Positions 37,254-45,297 of a DNA stretch of 64,000 nucleotides are shown piece by piece. Each line of letters starts with the position of its first letter. Position 1 is the stretch's first letter. A program made the translations under genes and the position numbers. This stretch comes from an uncultured virus (IMG/VR IMGVR_UViG_3300047319_001119) (lineage: Duplodnaviria; Heunggongvirae; Uroviricota; Caudoviricetes), in IMG/VR virus record IMGVR_UViG_3300047319_001119. One strand, 5' to 3'. The notes beneath the pieces are model-generated. The model made no database searches and had not been told where the DNA came from. It worked only from the letters and a program-made list of their open reading frames with translations.

Positions 37254-38585
37254 TCATCCCTGTTGCTCTGGTGGCGGTGGTGGCGGCGGTGGTGGCGGCG
37301 GTGGGAGTGGGCGTCGAGCACCAGCAGTCGCTGGCGTAGCGCCACCTAAAAAGCCTGCACTGGATATATCGGTCTTGTTAATGTCCAAAGCGGGCGAGGT
37401 TTCAGTTTCCGGTCGCGGATTGCCTTGAGTCGGAGTCCCGACGCGCGCAGCCTGAGCGTTACTAACCCCTGCCGCGGTCCTTGCACCAGCAGCCGCGTCC
37501 TGAGCTTGGTTCGAGGTTCCTCCACCAAAGGATACCGCAAGCGGAGCCGCTGGCGGCGTAGGAACGCCAGTAGCAGGCATCCCGCCTCGTGGAAATGCAG
37601 CAGCCAGCCGGTCCACCGGACTCATTGCCGTTTCCGGTGTCATGGGAACCGGCTTCATGCCGGTTAAATTCGAGGCTGACAGATCGATCCCTGAGGCTTG
37701 CGGCTCGGGTGTGCCGCCGAAATTAGCGATCGGTTTGCCACCAAAGGAGAGATCTATCCCGCCAACCTTGCCAGGTGGCGCTACCGGAGCCAGCCTGTCG
37801 GGTACTTGCGGAGCGCCAGCAACATCGCCCACCATCGAAAACCCGCCAATGCCCGGTTTTATTGCGGGCGCAGCGGGTTTCCCAGCCGCAGCGTAATCAG
37901 GGTTTGGAAAAAAGTTTGGCCGACTGTGAGGACTTCCGGTATGACCTATCACCGAATCGACGTTGTACACCGCACCCTTCTGCCCATACACCCCTTCCTC
38001 GTCACGCCAAGGAACGGTCATGTGCGTTTCGTACTTGTTGGGACCGGTAATCAACACCCGATGCGCTCCCGGTTTGTTCGGATCGCCAAGAGTTCCAGCT
38101 TCAAGCGGTTTGTAGCCTGTCCCTCCTTCAACCGACTGCATCCCCGCCTGAGGCGAACCCGCTGGAGCAACCGGTGTCGTAACTGCTGGCGCTGCCGCTG
38201 GTGTTCCCCATTCAGCCCTCGGCCTGTTCATCGCAGATGGCGGCGCCTCAGTACGAGGCGAAGTAATAACCGCGTTCGCTCTGGCGTCCTGACCAGGATC
38301 ATACCCGCCGCGGTTAGGACCAGCGATCAACGTTTGTCCCTGCGGAGTGCCGGTCACCGCATTAGGCGAAGGGCGCCCAGCAATCGCATCGCGTGAAAGC
38401 GGGACTCCGTGAAAACTCGTTACCGCCGTACGCCTACCGCCACCAGAAGCGCGCTGCGCTCTGTCGCTAGCTAGGCGCTGGCGTGCTTGTGGAGCAGGAG
38501 CAACGGCAGCACCAGCAGAGGAACTGGTGTTAGGCGCGTCAGAGTCCTGCGGGTTGAGAAGCGACCTGCGACGATCTGTAGCCAT
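37254..38585 (-). CDS. Pro/Gly/Ala-rich putative internal virion protein
   Basis: 443 aa, low complexity, poly-Pro C-terminus; directly upstream of the giant protein. Confidence 0.6.
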   Translation of the reverse strand: MATDRRRSLLNPQDSDAPNTSSSAGAAVAPAPQARQRLASDRAQRASGGGRRTAVTSFHGVPLSRDAIAGRPSPNAVTGTPQGQTLIAGPNRGGYDPGQDARANAVITSPRTEAPPSAMNRPRAEWGTPAAAPAVTTPVAPAGSPQAGMQSVEGGTGYKPLEAGTLGDPNKPGAHRVLITGPNKYETHMTVPWRDEEGVYGQKGAVYNVDSVIGHTGSPHSRPNFFPNPDYAAAGKPAAPAIKPGIGGFSMVGDVAGAPQVPDRLAPVAPPGKVGGIDLSFGGKPIANFGGTPEPQASGIDLSASNLTGMKPVPMTPETAMSPVDRLAAAFPRGGMPATGVPTPPAAPLAVSFGGGTSNQAQDAAAGARTAAGVSNAQAARVGTPTQGNPRPETETSPALDINKTDISSAGFLGGATPATAGARRPLPPPPPPPPPPPPEQQG

Positions 38586-38623
38586 GCCAGCGCCCTTTGC
38601 CGATAAGCCACCAGCTTTGGCAA
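38586..38623 (-). promoter_or_regulatory. putative late leaderless promoter
   Basis: TTGCCA-N18-CAAAGG-gcgctggc-ATG. Confidence 0.55.
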
Positions 38624-38636
38624 GAAAAAAACTTTT

Positions 38637-40739
38637 CTAGCTCCACTGCGCTTTCGCCAGATCGCGCTTAACCGGCGTAGCAAACAACCCTTCCTGCACC
38701 TTCATGTAGCGGGTGGCGCGGACAATCTCTTTCATACCCACGCCCACCGCTTCGGCGTCCCGTTTCTCCTTGGCGTTACTCGCCGTCACCTGAAACATCT
38801 GCATCACCGTTTCAATGTCCTGCACATCGAGCAGCTTCTTGCGCACGGCCTCGGCCAGCGCGCCTATCCAGATCGAACGGTTGTACTCGTTGCTCTCCCA
38901 CCCGAACGTAACCAGCTCCGTGCGCCCGTGCCGAAATCGCTCGAGATCCTCGCGGCTGTAGATCGAAATCCCCGCTGTCAGCAAGTTGTCGATAATGTCG
39001 CCCCGCTCATTGGCAATCGGGATTGTGAAACAATCGCCATACCAGCGCGTCAACGCCAACACCGACTGCGCCAGCGGTCCCGCATCGAGCCGACACGGTT
39101 TACGCATCTTCGCTACCACGCGCGCGGGCGATACCGACTTGGTCTTTTCGTCAAGCGTTCCCGCCCGAATCACGATCACCGAGTGATGCCCGAACACATC
39201 GTCGTGCCACACCGGATCGACCACGCACAGGTAATGCCTGCCGATGATCGGGCGCTCCCACACATCGAGCCACGAGTTCTGCGCCGCCAGTTCGTAGGTT
39301 ACGTCTTTCCCAGCCAACGTCAGCGAACAGCGTTCCGGCGAGCTCGCGCGCGCAATCGATTCCAACCGGCGCAAACCCACTTCATCCAAGAGCGCAGCCG
39401 AAAGCGCCGTGTCGATCGCCATTGCGCCAGCCAAGGAATCAAACCTGTCAGGCGATTCAACCCCGCGCTTCGCCATATCCTTCTTGGCCTCGTTGCCCAA
39501 GAGGCCGTCGCTGGTGAATTTAATGCGCCTGGTCGTGGCCTGCCGGTACAGAATCGGATCGTTGGGAATAATCTCGCTCTGGTTCTGGATCTTCTTACTG
39601 GCCTCGTGCCAGTGTTCGGCGCCCAAGTTCTCGTAAATCGGGTTAACCGGTGGAGCATCGTTGTTGACCGCGATAATCGGCCAACCCATTTCGTGGAACC
39701 GGCTGATAATCGCTATCCCCATCCCCCCAGCGTCCCCGCGCGTTTCACTCGGGAGCAGCCCGCGCTTGGTAAACTCCATGATGCACCGCCCGATCGAGGA
39801 CATGACGTTGGCGTCGCGCCAGATCACCTGCTCGTACTTGTTGCCTTCCTTGAACGTAATCACGTTCTCGTTGCGGCCGGCCGCGAAATCCACAAATGCC
39901 GCTTTACCCCCGTGCACGTACTGCGGCTTGGCTTCCATCGCCAGTTTCATCGCCGCCTTGGGAACGATAAACATCGTGTCGGCGTCGGCGTCCATGAACT
40001 CCCCGAACAACGTGGATTGCGTGAAAGGATGATCGATCCCGTATTCAGCAATCGTCGTGTCGATGCGCTCCTTCGAGATCCACGGGCAGTCTTTTAACCC
40101 GACTTTCATGCAGGAGAAACCTGTCGGATTCTTCTTCGAGCGTTTGAGGATCGTCTGAGAATCGTAGAAGCGTCCTTCGTTGAGTCCCGGCGAACTCACG
40201 TAGCCCTGCGCGTTGTACGTGCACCGGTTCCCAGCGTCGAACACCCCGTTCTCGATTGACTTCGCCTCGTCAAACAACATGATGCACGGCCCATCTATAT
40301 CGTCGATCTTATGCCAACCCTCCGCTCGACCTGGATCGTCTGTCGTGAACCCCACGATAAACCCGCCCTCGGGCGTGTGTACCTCGCGTTCGATGAAGCG
40401 CCACCCTTTCTCGTTCTCGAACTTCGAGCGGTGCTGCGTTATGGCAGGCCAACACTGATGGTCGAGCTGCTTGGAATCGAAACTTACTATTACGAACTTG
40501 GGCCGCAGAAACATCGACAAACACCACAACCCCAGCCCCGCCACAATCACTGAGCTTTTCCCGCTCCCATTCGGTGTCGCCAGACTCGCGCGCACCACAC
40601 GCCGCGGATCACGGAATTTGTTGAGAAAATCAGCCTGCCACCAGGCAAGCTGCTTACTGCCTTGCAAGAGGATCCGGTAAACGAATCCCGCCGGCGTCGT
40701 AATCAACCGACGCTCCTCCTCGTTTAACTCGGCAAACAC
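38637..40739 (-). CDS. terL: terminase large subunit with C-terminal extra nuclease-like domain
   Basis: WWQ adenine motif, Walker A TPNGSGKS, Walker B MLFDEAK, coupling SSPG, GEF; nuclease VDFAAG...GDAGGMG...SPDRFDSL. Confidence 0.92.
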   Translation of the reverse strand: MFAELNEEERRLITTPAGFVYRILLQGSKQLAWWQADFLNKFRDPRRVVRASLATPNGSGKSSVIVAGLGLWCLSMFLRPKFVIVSFDSKQLDHQCWPAITQHRSKFENEKGWRFIEREVHTPEGGFIVGFTTDDPGRAEGWHKIDDIDGPCIMLFDEAKSIENGVFDAGNRCTYNAQGYVSSPGLNEGRFYDSQTILKRSKKNPTGFSCMKVGLKDCPWISKERIDTTIAEYGIDHPFTQSTLFGEFMDADADTMFIVPKAAMKLAMEAKPQYVHGGKAAFVDFAAGRNENVITFKEGNKYEQVIWRDANVMSSIGRCIMEFTKRGLLPSETRGDAGGMGIAIISRFHEMGWPIIAVNNDAPPVNPIYENLGAEHWHEASKKIQNQSEIIPNDPILYRQATTRRIKFTSDGLLGNEAKKDMAKRGVESPDRFDSLAGAMAIDTALSAALLDEVGLRRLESIARASSPERCSLTLAGKDVTYELAAQNSWLDVWERPIIGRHYLCVVDPVWHDDVFGHHSVIVIRAGTLDEKTKSVSPARVVAKMRKPCRLDAGPLAQSVLALTRWYGDCFTIPIANERGDIIDNLLTAGISIYSREDLERFRHGRTELVTFGWESNEYNRSIWIGALAEAVRKKLLDVQDIETVMQMFQVTASNAKEKRDAEAVGVGMKEIVRATRYMKVQEGLFATPVKRDLAKAQWS

Positions 40740-40984
40740 AACATCTTCACGATCACTAACACGAACTTCGTGTCCTTCTTATGCCGAGGCAGTTTCAGCG
40801 CGTGGACCATCCGATCGTCCTTCACCCGGCAAAGCGAAAACACGATGTGGCTCGTCGTCACCACCGGCACCAGATATAAATCGCGCCGCTCGGCCTGCCC
40901 ATTCTGGTTGCCCAGCATGAAACCCTCCTGCGCCAGCCATGCGCCCACAGGCTTCTTGTAGTAGCTCGGAAAATCTATGTTCAA
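40724..40984 (-). CDS. hypothetical protein
   Basis: Probable TTG start overlapping the upstream TGA; overlaps the terL start. Confidence 0.45.
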   Translation of the reverse strand: MNIDFPSYYKKPVGAWLAQEGFMLGNQNGQAERRDLYLVPVVTTSHIVFSLCRVKDDRMVHALKLPRHKKDTKFVLVIVKMLCLPS

Positions 40985-41082
40985 TAGCGTGGCGCCCTCG
41001 GCACTCGAGGCTTCGGCACGCTCGGCGGTTTGGGCGGTTGCGGTGGTTTGGGAAGTCGCGGACCTGGTGTCTTGATTGCCAT
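40981..41082 (-). CDS. 33-aa Pro/Arg/Lys-rich peptide
   Basis: MAIKTPGPRLPKPPQPPKPPSVPKPRVPRAPRY; preceded by TTGCGC-N17-CAAAAG. Confidence 0.45.
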   Translation of the reverse strand: MAIKTPGPRLPKPPQPPKPPSVPKPRVPRAPRY

Positions 41083-41139
41083 AACGCTCAATGCTTTTGG
41101 CTCGACTAATCCACCCGCGCAAGTTATTTCACCCTGACC

Positions 41140-41349
41140 ATGCCGCAGTTCGGTTCATGGAAAGAGGAACAGGCTTACTATCTGGCAGAAGGATTCCAAA
41201 TCGCTCAAGCCAATTGCCGCCAGTGCGGCCACAAACATACCGTCATCGTTTTTCCCAGTTCCCACAAAGGCGATTACGTCAACCTCGACTGCGACATCTG
41301 CACCGCAGCCCTACTCGAAATCGCCCAAATCCTCGTCCCCGCCCTCTAA
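41140..41349 (+). CDS. small zinc-finger protein
   Basis: CRQC...CDIC; lone plus-strand ORF in this block. Confidence 0.5.
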   Translation: MPQFGSWKEEQAYYLAEGFQIAQANCRQCGHKHTVIVFPSSHKGDYVNLDCDICTAALLEIAQILVPAL

Positions 41350-41492
41350 ATGTGATGCGTGAGTAAAAGGACCAGCACGATCACTATCAGGATCACAAAC
41401 AGTCCGTGCGACCGGTAGCCATACCCATAACCGCCTGTCGGTATCCCCCCGCACAACAAGAGGATCAGCAGAATTATAAGGATCAACCCCAT
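41346..41492 (-). CDS. DUF3309-like small membrane protein
   Basis: Read by hand: MGLILIILLILLLCGGIPTGGYGYGYRSHGLFVILIVIVLVLLLTHHI. Confidence 0.75.
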   Translation of the reverse strand: MGLILIILLILLLCGGIPTGGYGYGYRSHGLFVILIVIVLVLLLTHHI

Positions 41493-41499
41493 TACAACA

Positions 41500-41658
41500 T
41501 CACCAGTTGGGTTTGAGTATCTTGATCCCGATGATCACGAACAATATCAACGTCACGATCGCGTTCGCCCTCGGCGCCCATGTCATTTCCGGTGGCGCAA
41601 AGCATCCGATCGCTATCAACAACAGCAGGATCCAGTAGAATATCACTAGTAGGCTCAT
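41500..41658 (-). CDS. small two-TM membrane protein
   Basis: MSLLVIFYWILLLLIAIGCF...AIVTLILFVIIGIKIL. Confidence 0.65.
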   Translation of the reverse strand: MSLLVIFYWILLLLIAIGCFAPPEMTWAPRANAIVTLILFVIIGIKILKPNW

Positions 41659-41921
41659 GCCCAGCCTCTTTACCAAACACCGGACATTCTGCCAAGAACC
41701 TTTCTCGCCCTTCGCCCAGCACGTACCCACACTCACACCGCCACCGCAAATCCTGCTTCACTGCCCACTTCTTAACCGGATCGATCACCAGCCGATGCGT
41801 CATAATCAGGCTTTTCCCTACCGCTTTTTTCTTGCTAAAACGCGATTCTCTTTCACGGTTACGTTACCACCCGCTCCCGCTCCACAAGCGCACACCCTCG
41901 ACGAGAGCATGATGCGCCTCT

Positions 41922-42185
41922 TTACGTGGAGCCGGGAGCACCCCCAGCCTCCCGCGCCGATGCGCGCCCCAATCGTTTCCCCAACACAGCCAAAAGCCGC
42001 GTCATCAATCCCTCCTGCTCCACTAACAACTCCTGATCCGTGACGTCCAATCCCTTGAACCCCTCTCCCTTCAAAAATTCACGCAGCTTCCCCAACCGCT
42101 CCTCCAACTGGTCCCCCTCAGCCCTCAGTCGCCCACGCCAACCAGCAGGCTTCTTATACGTGCTCCCATCAGTTACCTCGTTCAT
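41922..42185 (-). CDS. crAss001_48-like helical protein
   Basis: RLRAEGDQLEERLGKLREFL...DQELLVEQEGLM...VLGKRL; start MNEVTDGS at 42185. Confidence 0.6.
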   Translation of the reverse strand: MNEVTDGSTYKKPAGWRGRLRAEGDQLEERLGKLREFLKGEGFKGLDVTDQELLVEQEGLMTRLLAVLGKRLGRASAREAGGAPGST

Positions 42186-42193
42186 AACAATAA

Positions 42194-42265
42194 TTGCGGG
42201 AAAGGGACTCGAACCCTCGACCTTTCGGTTATGAGCCGAACGCGCTGCCTCTGCGCCACCCCGCG
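42194..42265 (-). tRNA. tRNA-Met(CAT), initiator-like
   Basis: CGCGGGG TG GCGC AGAGGCA GCGC G TTCGG CTCATAA CCGAA AGGTC GAGGG TTCGAGT CCCTT TCCCGCA A; C1:A72 mismatch; no encoded CCA. Confidence 0.9.
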
Positions 42266-42276
42266 TCAATTTTCCC

Positions 42277-42492
42277 TTATACCCCGCGCTTCTCCCCGTG
42301 CGCCCCTCGCCCAGCACTCGTTATCGTCCCCGCTCCCAAGTGACTCCCCTTCTCCCGAGGATCATTCGTCGTCCCTTCCTTCTGGTGCGTCACTATCTTC
42401 TCCCCACCACCCTTCGGCCCCGGCGCTTTCGATTGTAACCGCGGATTCTGACTCCCATGCCTGTGATTGCTTCCATCAGTGACTTCGTTCAT
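42277..42492 (-). CDS. hypothetical basic protein
   Basis: Begins MNEVTDGS, identical to the start of 41922-42185. Confidence 0.45.
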   Translation of the reverse strand: MNEVTDGSNHRHGSQNPRLQSKAPGPKGGGEKIVTHQKEGTTNDPREKGSHLGAGTITSAGRGAHGEKRGV

Positions 42493-42502
42493 ACCGCCCA
42501 TC

Positions 42503-42688
42503 CTACAACGCCTTCCCGCAGTGTGGACACTTTTTTCGACGCCGACGATACCCGCGCATATACGCAGCACGATCCCGATGCTCCACCTTCACCCCTGATC
42601 CCACCGGTTCACCCGAAATCTTCGCCGCCCCCAAATTTCGCCCAGCCTCCCGCTCAAACTTCGCGCGGCTCTCAGGCGTTTCTATCAT
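42503..42688 (-). CDS. small basic protein with C-terminal CPHC
   Basis: DRAAYMRGYRRRRKKCPHCG. Confidence 0.5.
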   Translation of the reverse strand: MIETPESRAKFEREAGRNLGAAKISGEPVGSGVKVEHRDRAAYMRGYRRRRKKCPHCGKAL

Positions 42689-43092
42689 CCATCAATCTCT
42701 AACCCCACCCCTCCGTTCTCGCCAGAAAATTTGACCGCGCACTCGGCGCAAGGCATTATATCTGACCCCCCCCCGCCTCGCGTCCAGGCGGGCATCGACG
42801 CTAATGGCTTAACCCAAGGCTCTCCTGCTCTGTGGGTGTGGCGCAGGCCAAGCAAGCGTAAAGCGAACAAAGCCAAGGGCCGCGCTGCGCGTGGAGCGCC
42901 AGCGAAGGGCTGCTCCCGCTCAAAGATCAAGGCCAAGGGTGGCGCGAGGCGATCCGCTCTTGATGATGTGCGCTACACCATGCGATCCCCTAGCGTGGCG
43001 CTAGGTAGCGACTGATGGTTACGTTACCGAGGGTGATGATAGCCGAGGCCGCAAACAAACGCGTTTACGGGCATCCTCGCGCGTTTCCCTAG

Positions 43093-43902
43093 CTAAGTTT
43101 CGGGCAATTTCTCGAACTCGGCGTCGATCACCGGCGAATCCAGCAAGAATTGGCGATTGATCGAGCGCAGCTCGTGGCGCTGATCTTCGGTCAAGACGAA
43201 CACATCACCGCGAGCGCCGACGTTCACGTTTACGCCAGCGGTCTTGAAGCGATCCGGCTTCCAAGCGCGGAGAAGCTCGATCTGGAGTTTGCTGTCAAAC
43301 TTCCGAATGTAGGCCACCGGCACGCCCATATACCACACGGGTTCGATGTCGCCTTCCAAGGATCGCTGCCAAACGCGGCTGTGGAGCAGCTCCAACGCAT
43401 CCTCAATCGCGGCGTCCCATTGCTTTGCGAAGTCGGGATCGTCCTTGCGGTGCAGGTAAGCGCATCCACGCGATACCTTGGCGTGACGCGAGGAAAGAAG
43501 GACGGAGTTTGTCATGGCCAAGGCCGCAAGGAAGCGAGGTCGCCAGTGGAGCGCGTGGCGAGCGTACGCGCGTTGCTCAGTGTCCAAGTGATGCAAACGC
43601 GATTCGAGGAAGGGCGTAACGAGTTTCCATTTTTCGCTTGAGGCGACCATGAACCGCTTGGCATGATTGATAGCGATACGTTGCGCGTTGCGAACACCGG
43701 AAGGGCCAGCGGCGATGGCGGCTTCGAGGGATTGAGTATTGAAACCGATTTCAGGTGGTGGCGCGGGTTCGATGGAATCGCGGAAATCTGCTTTGGCGGC
43801 TGGGGAGCGTTTCGCTGGGTTTTTGAAGTTATCGAGCGTTGATTTGCCCTCGTGAACTTCGGTTGAATCCGCCTGGTTTTTCGCGTTCGACTTGTTAGGC
43901 AT
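43093..43902 (-). CDS. terS: terminase small subunit
   Basis: FLAALA...S.HAKVSRGCAY..RKDDPDFAKQWDAAIE...EG...PV.Y.G...IRKFDS.L...LL.A.KP..F pattern; upstream of terL; likely start MPNKS. Confidence 0.75.
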   Translation of the reverse strand: MPNKSNAKNQADSTEVHEGKSTLDNFKNPAKRSPAAKADFRDSIEPAPPPEIGFNTQSLEAAIAAGPSGVRNAQRIAINHAKRFMVASSEKWKLVTPFLESRLHHLDTEQRAYARHALHWRPRFLAALAMTNSVLLSSRHAKVSRGCAYLHRKDDPDFAKQWDAAIEDALELLHSRVWQRSLEGDIEPVWYMGVPVAYIRKFDSKLQIELLRAWKPDRFKTAGVNVNVGARGDVFVLTEDQRHELRSINRQFLLDSPVIDAEFEKLPET

Positions 43903-43977
43903 CGCTGGCGTATTCGTTTGTGACCAATGACGCTTCATACCAAGAAATTGGTTAGGGGGGAAGCATAAAATTTGGTG

Positions 43978-44031
43978 TTGACTGTCGGGATAAGTAATGG
44001 CATAAGGGGAATACACGAGGCGTCCACCTCG
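43978..44031 (+). promoter_or_regulatory. early promoter with leader hairpin
   Basis: TTGACT-N17-CATAAG, then CGAGG-CGTCCA-CCTCG and AGAAAGG RBS. Confidence 0.6.
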
Positions 44032-44048
44032 AAAAAAGAAAGGTTCGA

Positions 44049-44384
44049 TTGAGAGTCCAAGTATATTTCAATTTGCACAAGAAAGTGTGGAGTGTGCGTC
44101 ACAAGGGGAAGGTGATAGCGCACGGTGAAAGGCTGGCGTTACGCGATTGTGTTTGCAAGGTGAATGAGAAGGCGCGGCTGCGGGTAATCGAACTAAAGCG
44201 GCGTGAAGTTCATGCGTGGATAGAGGGGGAATTGTGCGAAATGCCGGTGACTCGTGAGGGGTTCGAGGCGTTCAGTTACAATCCATACAAGGCTGCGGGA
44301 TTCGTTGCAGCGGAAGGAATTTTCTGGACGGCGGAAGCCGTCCTATTCGAGGGCAGGTTGGCGTTAAAGAAAGGAAAAGTATGA
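44049..44384 (+). CDS. conserved phage hypothetical protein
   Basis: VYFNLHKKVWSVR...VHAWIEG...YNPYK; RBS upstream of TTG. Confidence 0.75.
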   Translation: MRVQVYFNLHKKVWSVRHKGKVIAHGERLALRDCVCKVNEKARLRVIELKRREVHAWIEGELCEMPVTREGFEAFSYNPYKAAGFVAAEGIFWTAEAVLFEGRLALKKGKV

Positions 44385-44623
44385 CAAAAGCAATGGCGGC
44401 GATGGTCACTAAATACCATGCGATAAGCGATGCGCGTGGGGAGTGGCAGGCGGCGTGGGTAAGGGCTTGCGCGGCTGATGGGATACCGGCGAACGAGGGG
44501 TCAAAGTTCGTTGTGTTCAGTGAAGGCAATCCGCACAAGGCGGAATTGGACTTGGCGGGGGCGAAATACTTGGCGGCGATTCACGCGATGAAGCCGCAGA
44601 ACAGCGAGGGGGTGTGCGCGTGA
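44381..44623 (+). CDS. hypothetical protein
   Basis: AGAAAGGA RBS; ATGA coupling. Confidence 0.65.
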   Translation: MTKAMAAMVTKYHAISDARGEWQAAWVRACAADGIPANEGSKFVVFSEGNPHKAELDLAGAKYLAAIHAMKPQNSEGVCA

Positions 44624-45273
44624 AACACACTCGTTATTTTGTGATGCCGACCACTGGCGACGGCTTGCACACGCAGCCCTACCCAGTGGCGCTGGCCGAG
44701 GTTGGCGAGCATATCAAAAACTGGTTGGGCCGTTTCGAGCATCAAGGGTATTACAGCGGGATTGGATGCCGGATCGCGTTGAATGAAATCGGTTTCAAGT
44801 TGGAGCCGGTGGAGTGCGGGGAAGATGGGGAGCCGTGGGATTGGACGCATTGCGCGGTATGCGACAAGGCGTTGGATAGTCACGGCGATTGCAGCGATGC
44901 CGAGTGCAAGACGCACAAGGAAGAATACACGGGGGAGCCGCAAGGCTCCTCCGTTGCTGGGGTGCGAGTTGTGGGGCCGGAAGAATTGGTAGCGATCCTG
45001 CGAAGGGATGAGAAGGCCAACCGCGAGCATCTGGAGCGCGAGGAATTGCGCGACGAATTGGAAGCGGCGACCGGCCAAGCGTACAGCGACGAGGCGCTAC
45101 AAGCGCACATCGACGCGGCGAGCGGTGGATACAAAGACAAGCTAACAGAAGAAGAAAAAGCCTTTATCGCGGAGCGCGAGAGCGACAACGCGAAGATTGA
45201 AGCGGCGAGAGAGTACAGCGCCGAGGACATAGAGGAATGGCAGCGCCGGAGTGAAGAACAAGGAACTGAATAA
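44620..45273 (+). CDS. hypothetical protein (Cys cluster, acidic tail)
   Basis: GTGA coupling; CAVC...C...C. Confidence 0.65.
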   Translation: MKHTRYFVMPTTGDGLHTQPYPVALAEVGEHIKNWLGRFEHQGYYSGIGCRIALNEIGFKLEPVECGEDGEPWDWTHCAVCDKALDSHGDCSDAECKTHKEEYTGEPQGSSVAGVRVVGPEELVAILRRDEKANREHLEREELRDELEAATGQAYSDEALQAHIDAASGGYKDKLTEEEKAFIAERESDNAKIEAAREYSAEDIEEWQRRSEEQGTE

Positions 45274-45297
45274 CAAACAAGAAAGGAAAAAGCAGAA

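Noticed and set aside
37253..37345. His-rich N-terminus (HSHRRHHRRHHRH) of the giant protein as given in the ORF track
   Set aside because: It is the off-frame reading of the upstream gene's poly-Pro tail; ATG 37252, 1 nt after that gene's stop, is the more plausible start
38928..40097. 389-aa plus-strand ORF and similar long antisense ORFs elsewhere
   Set aside because: Antisense to well-supported genes in GC-rich DNA, with no motifs or RBS
42194..42265. tRNA as a prophage attachment site
   Set aside because: Phage genes lie on both sides, and no integrase or duplicated tRNA 3' end is visible in the window
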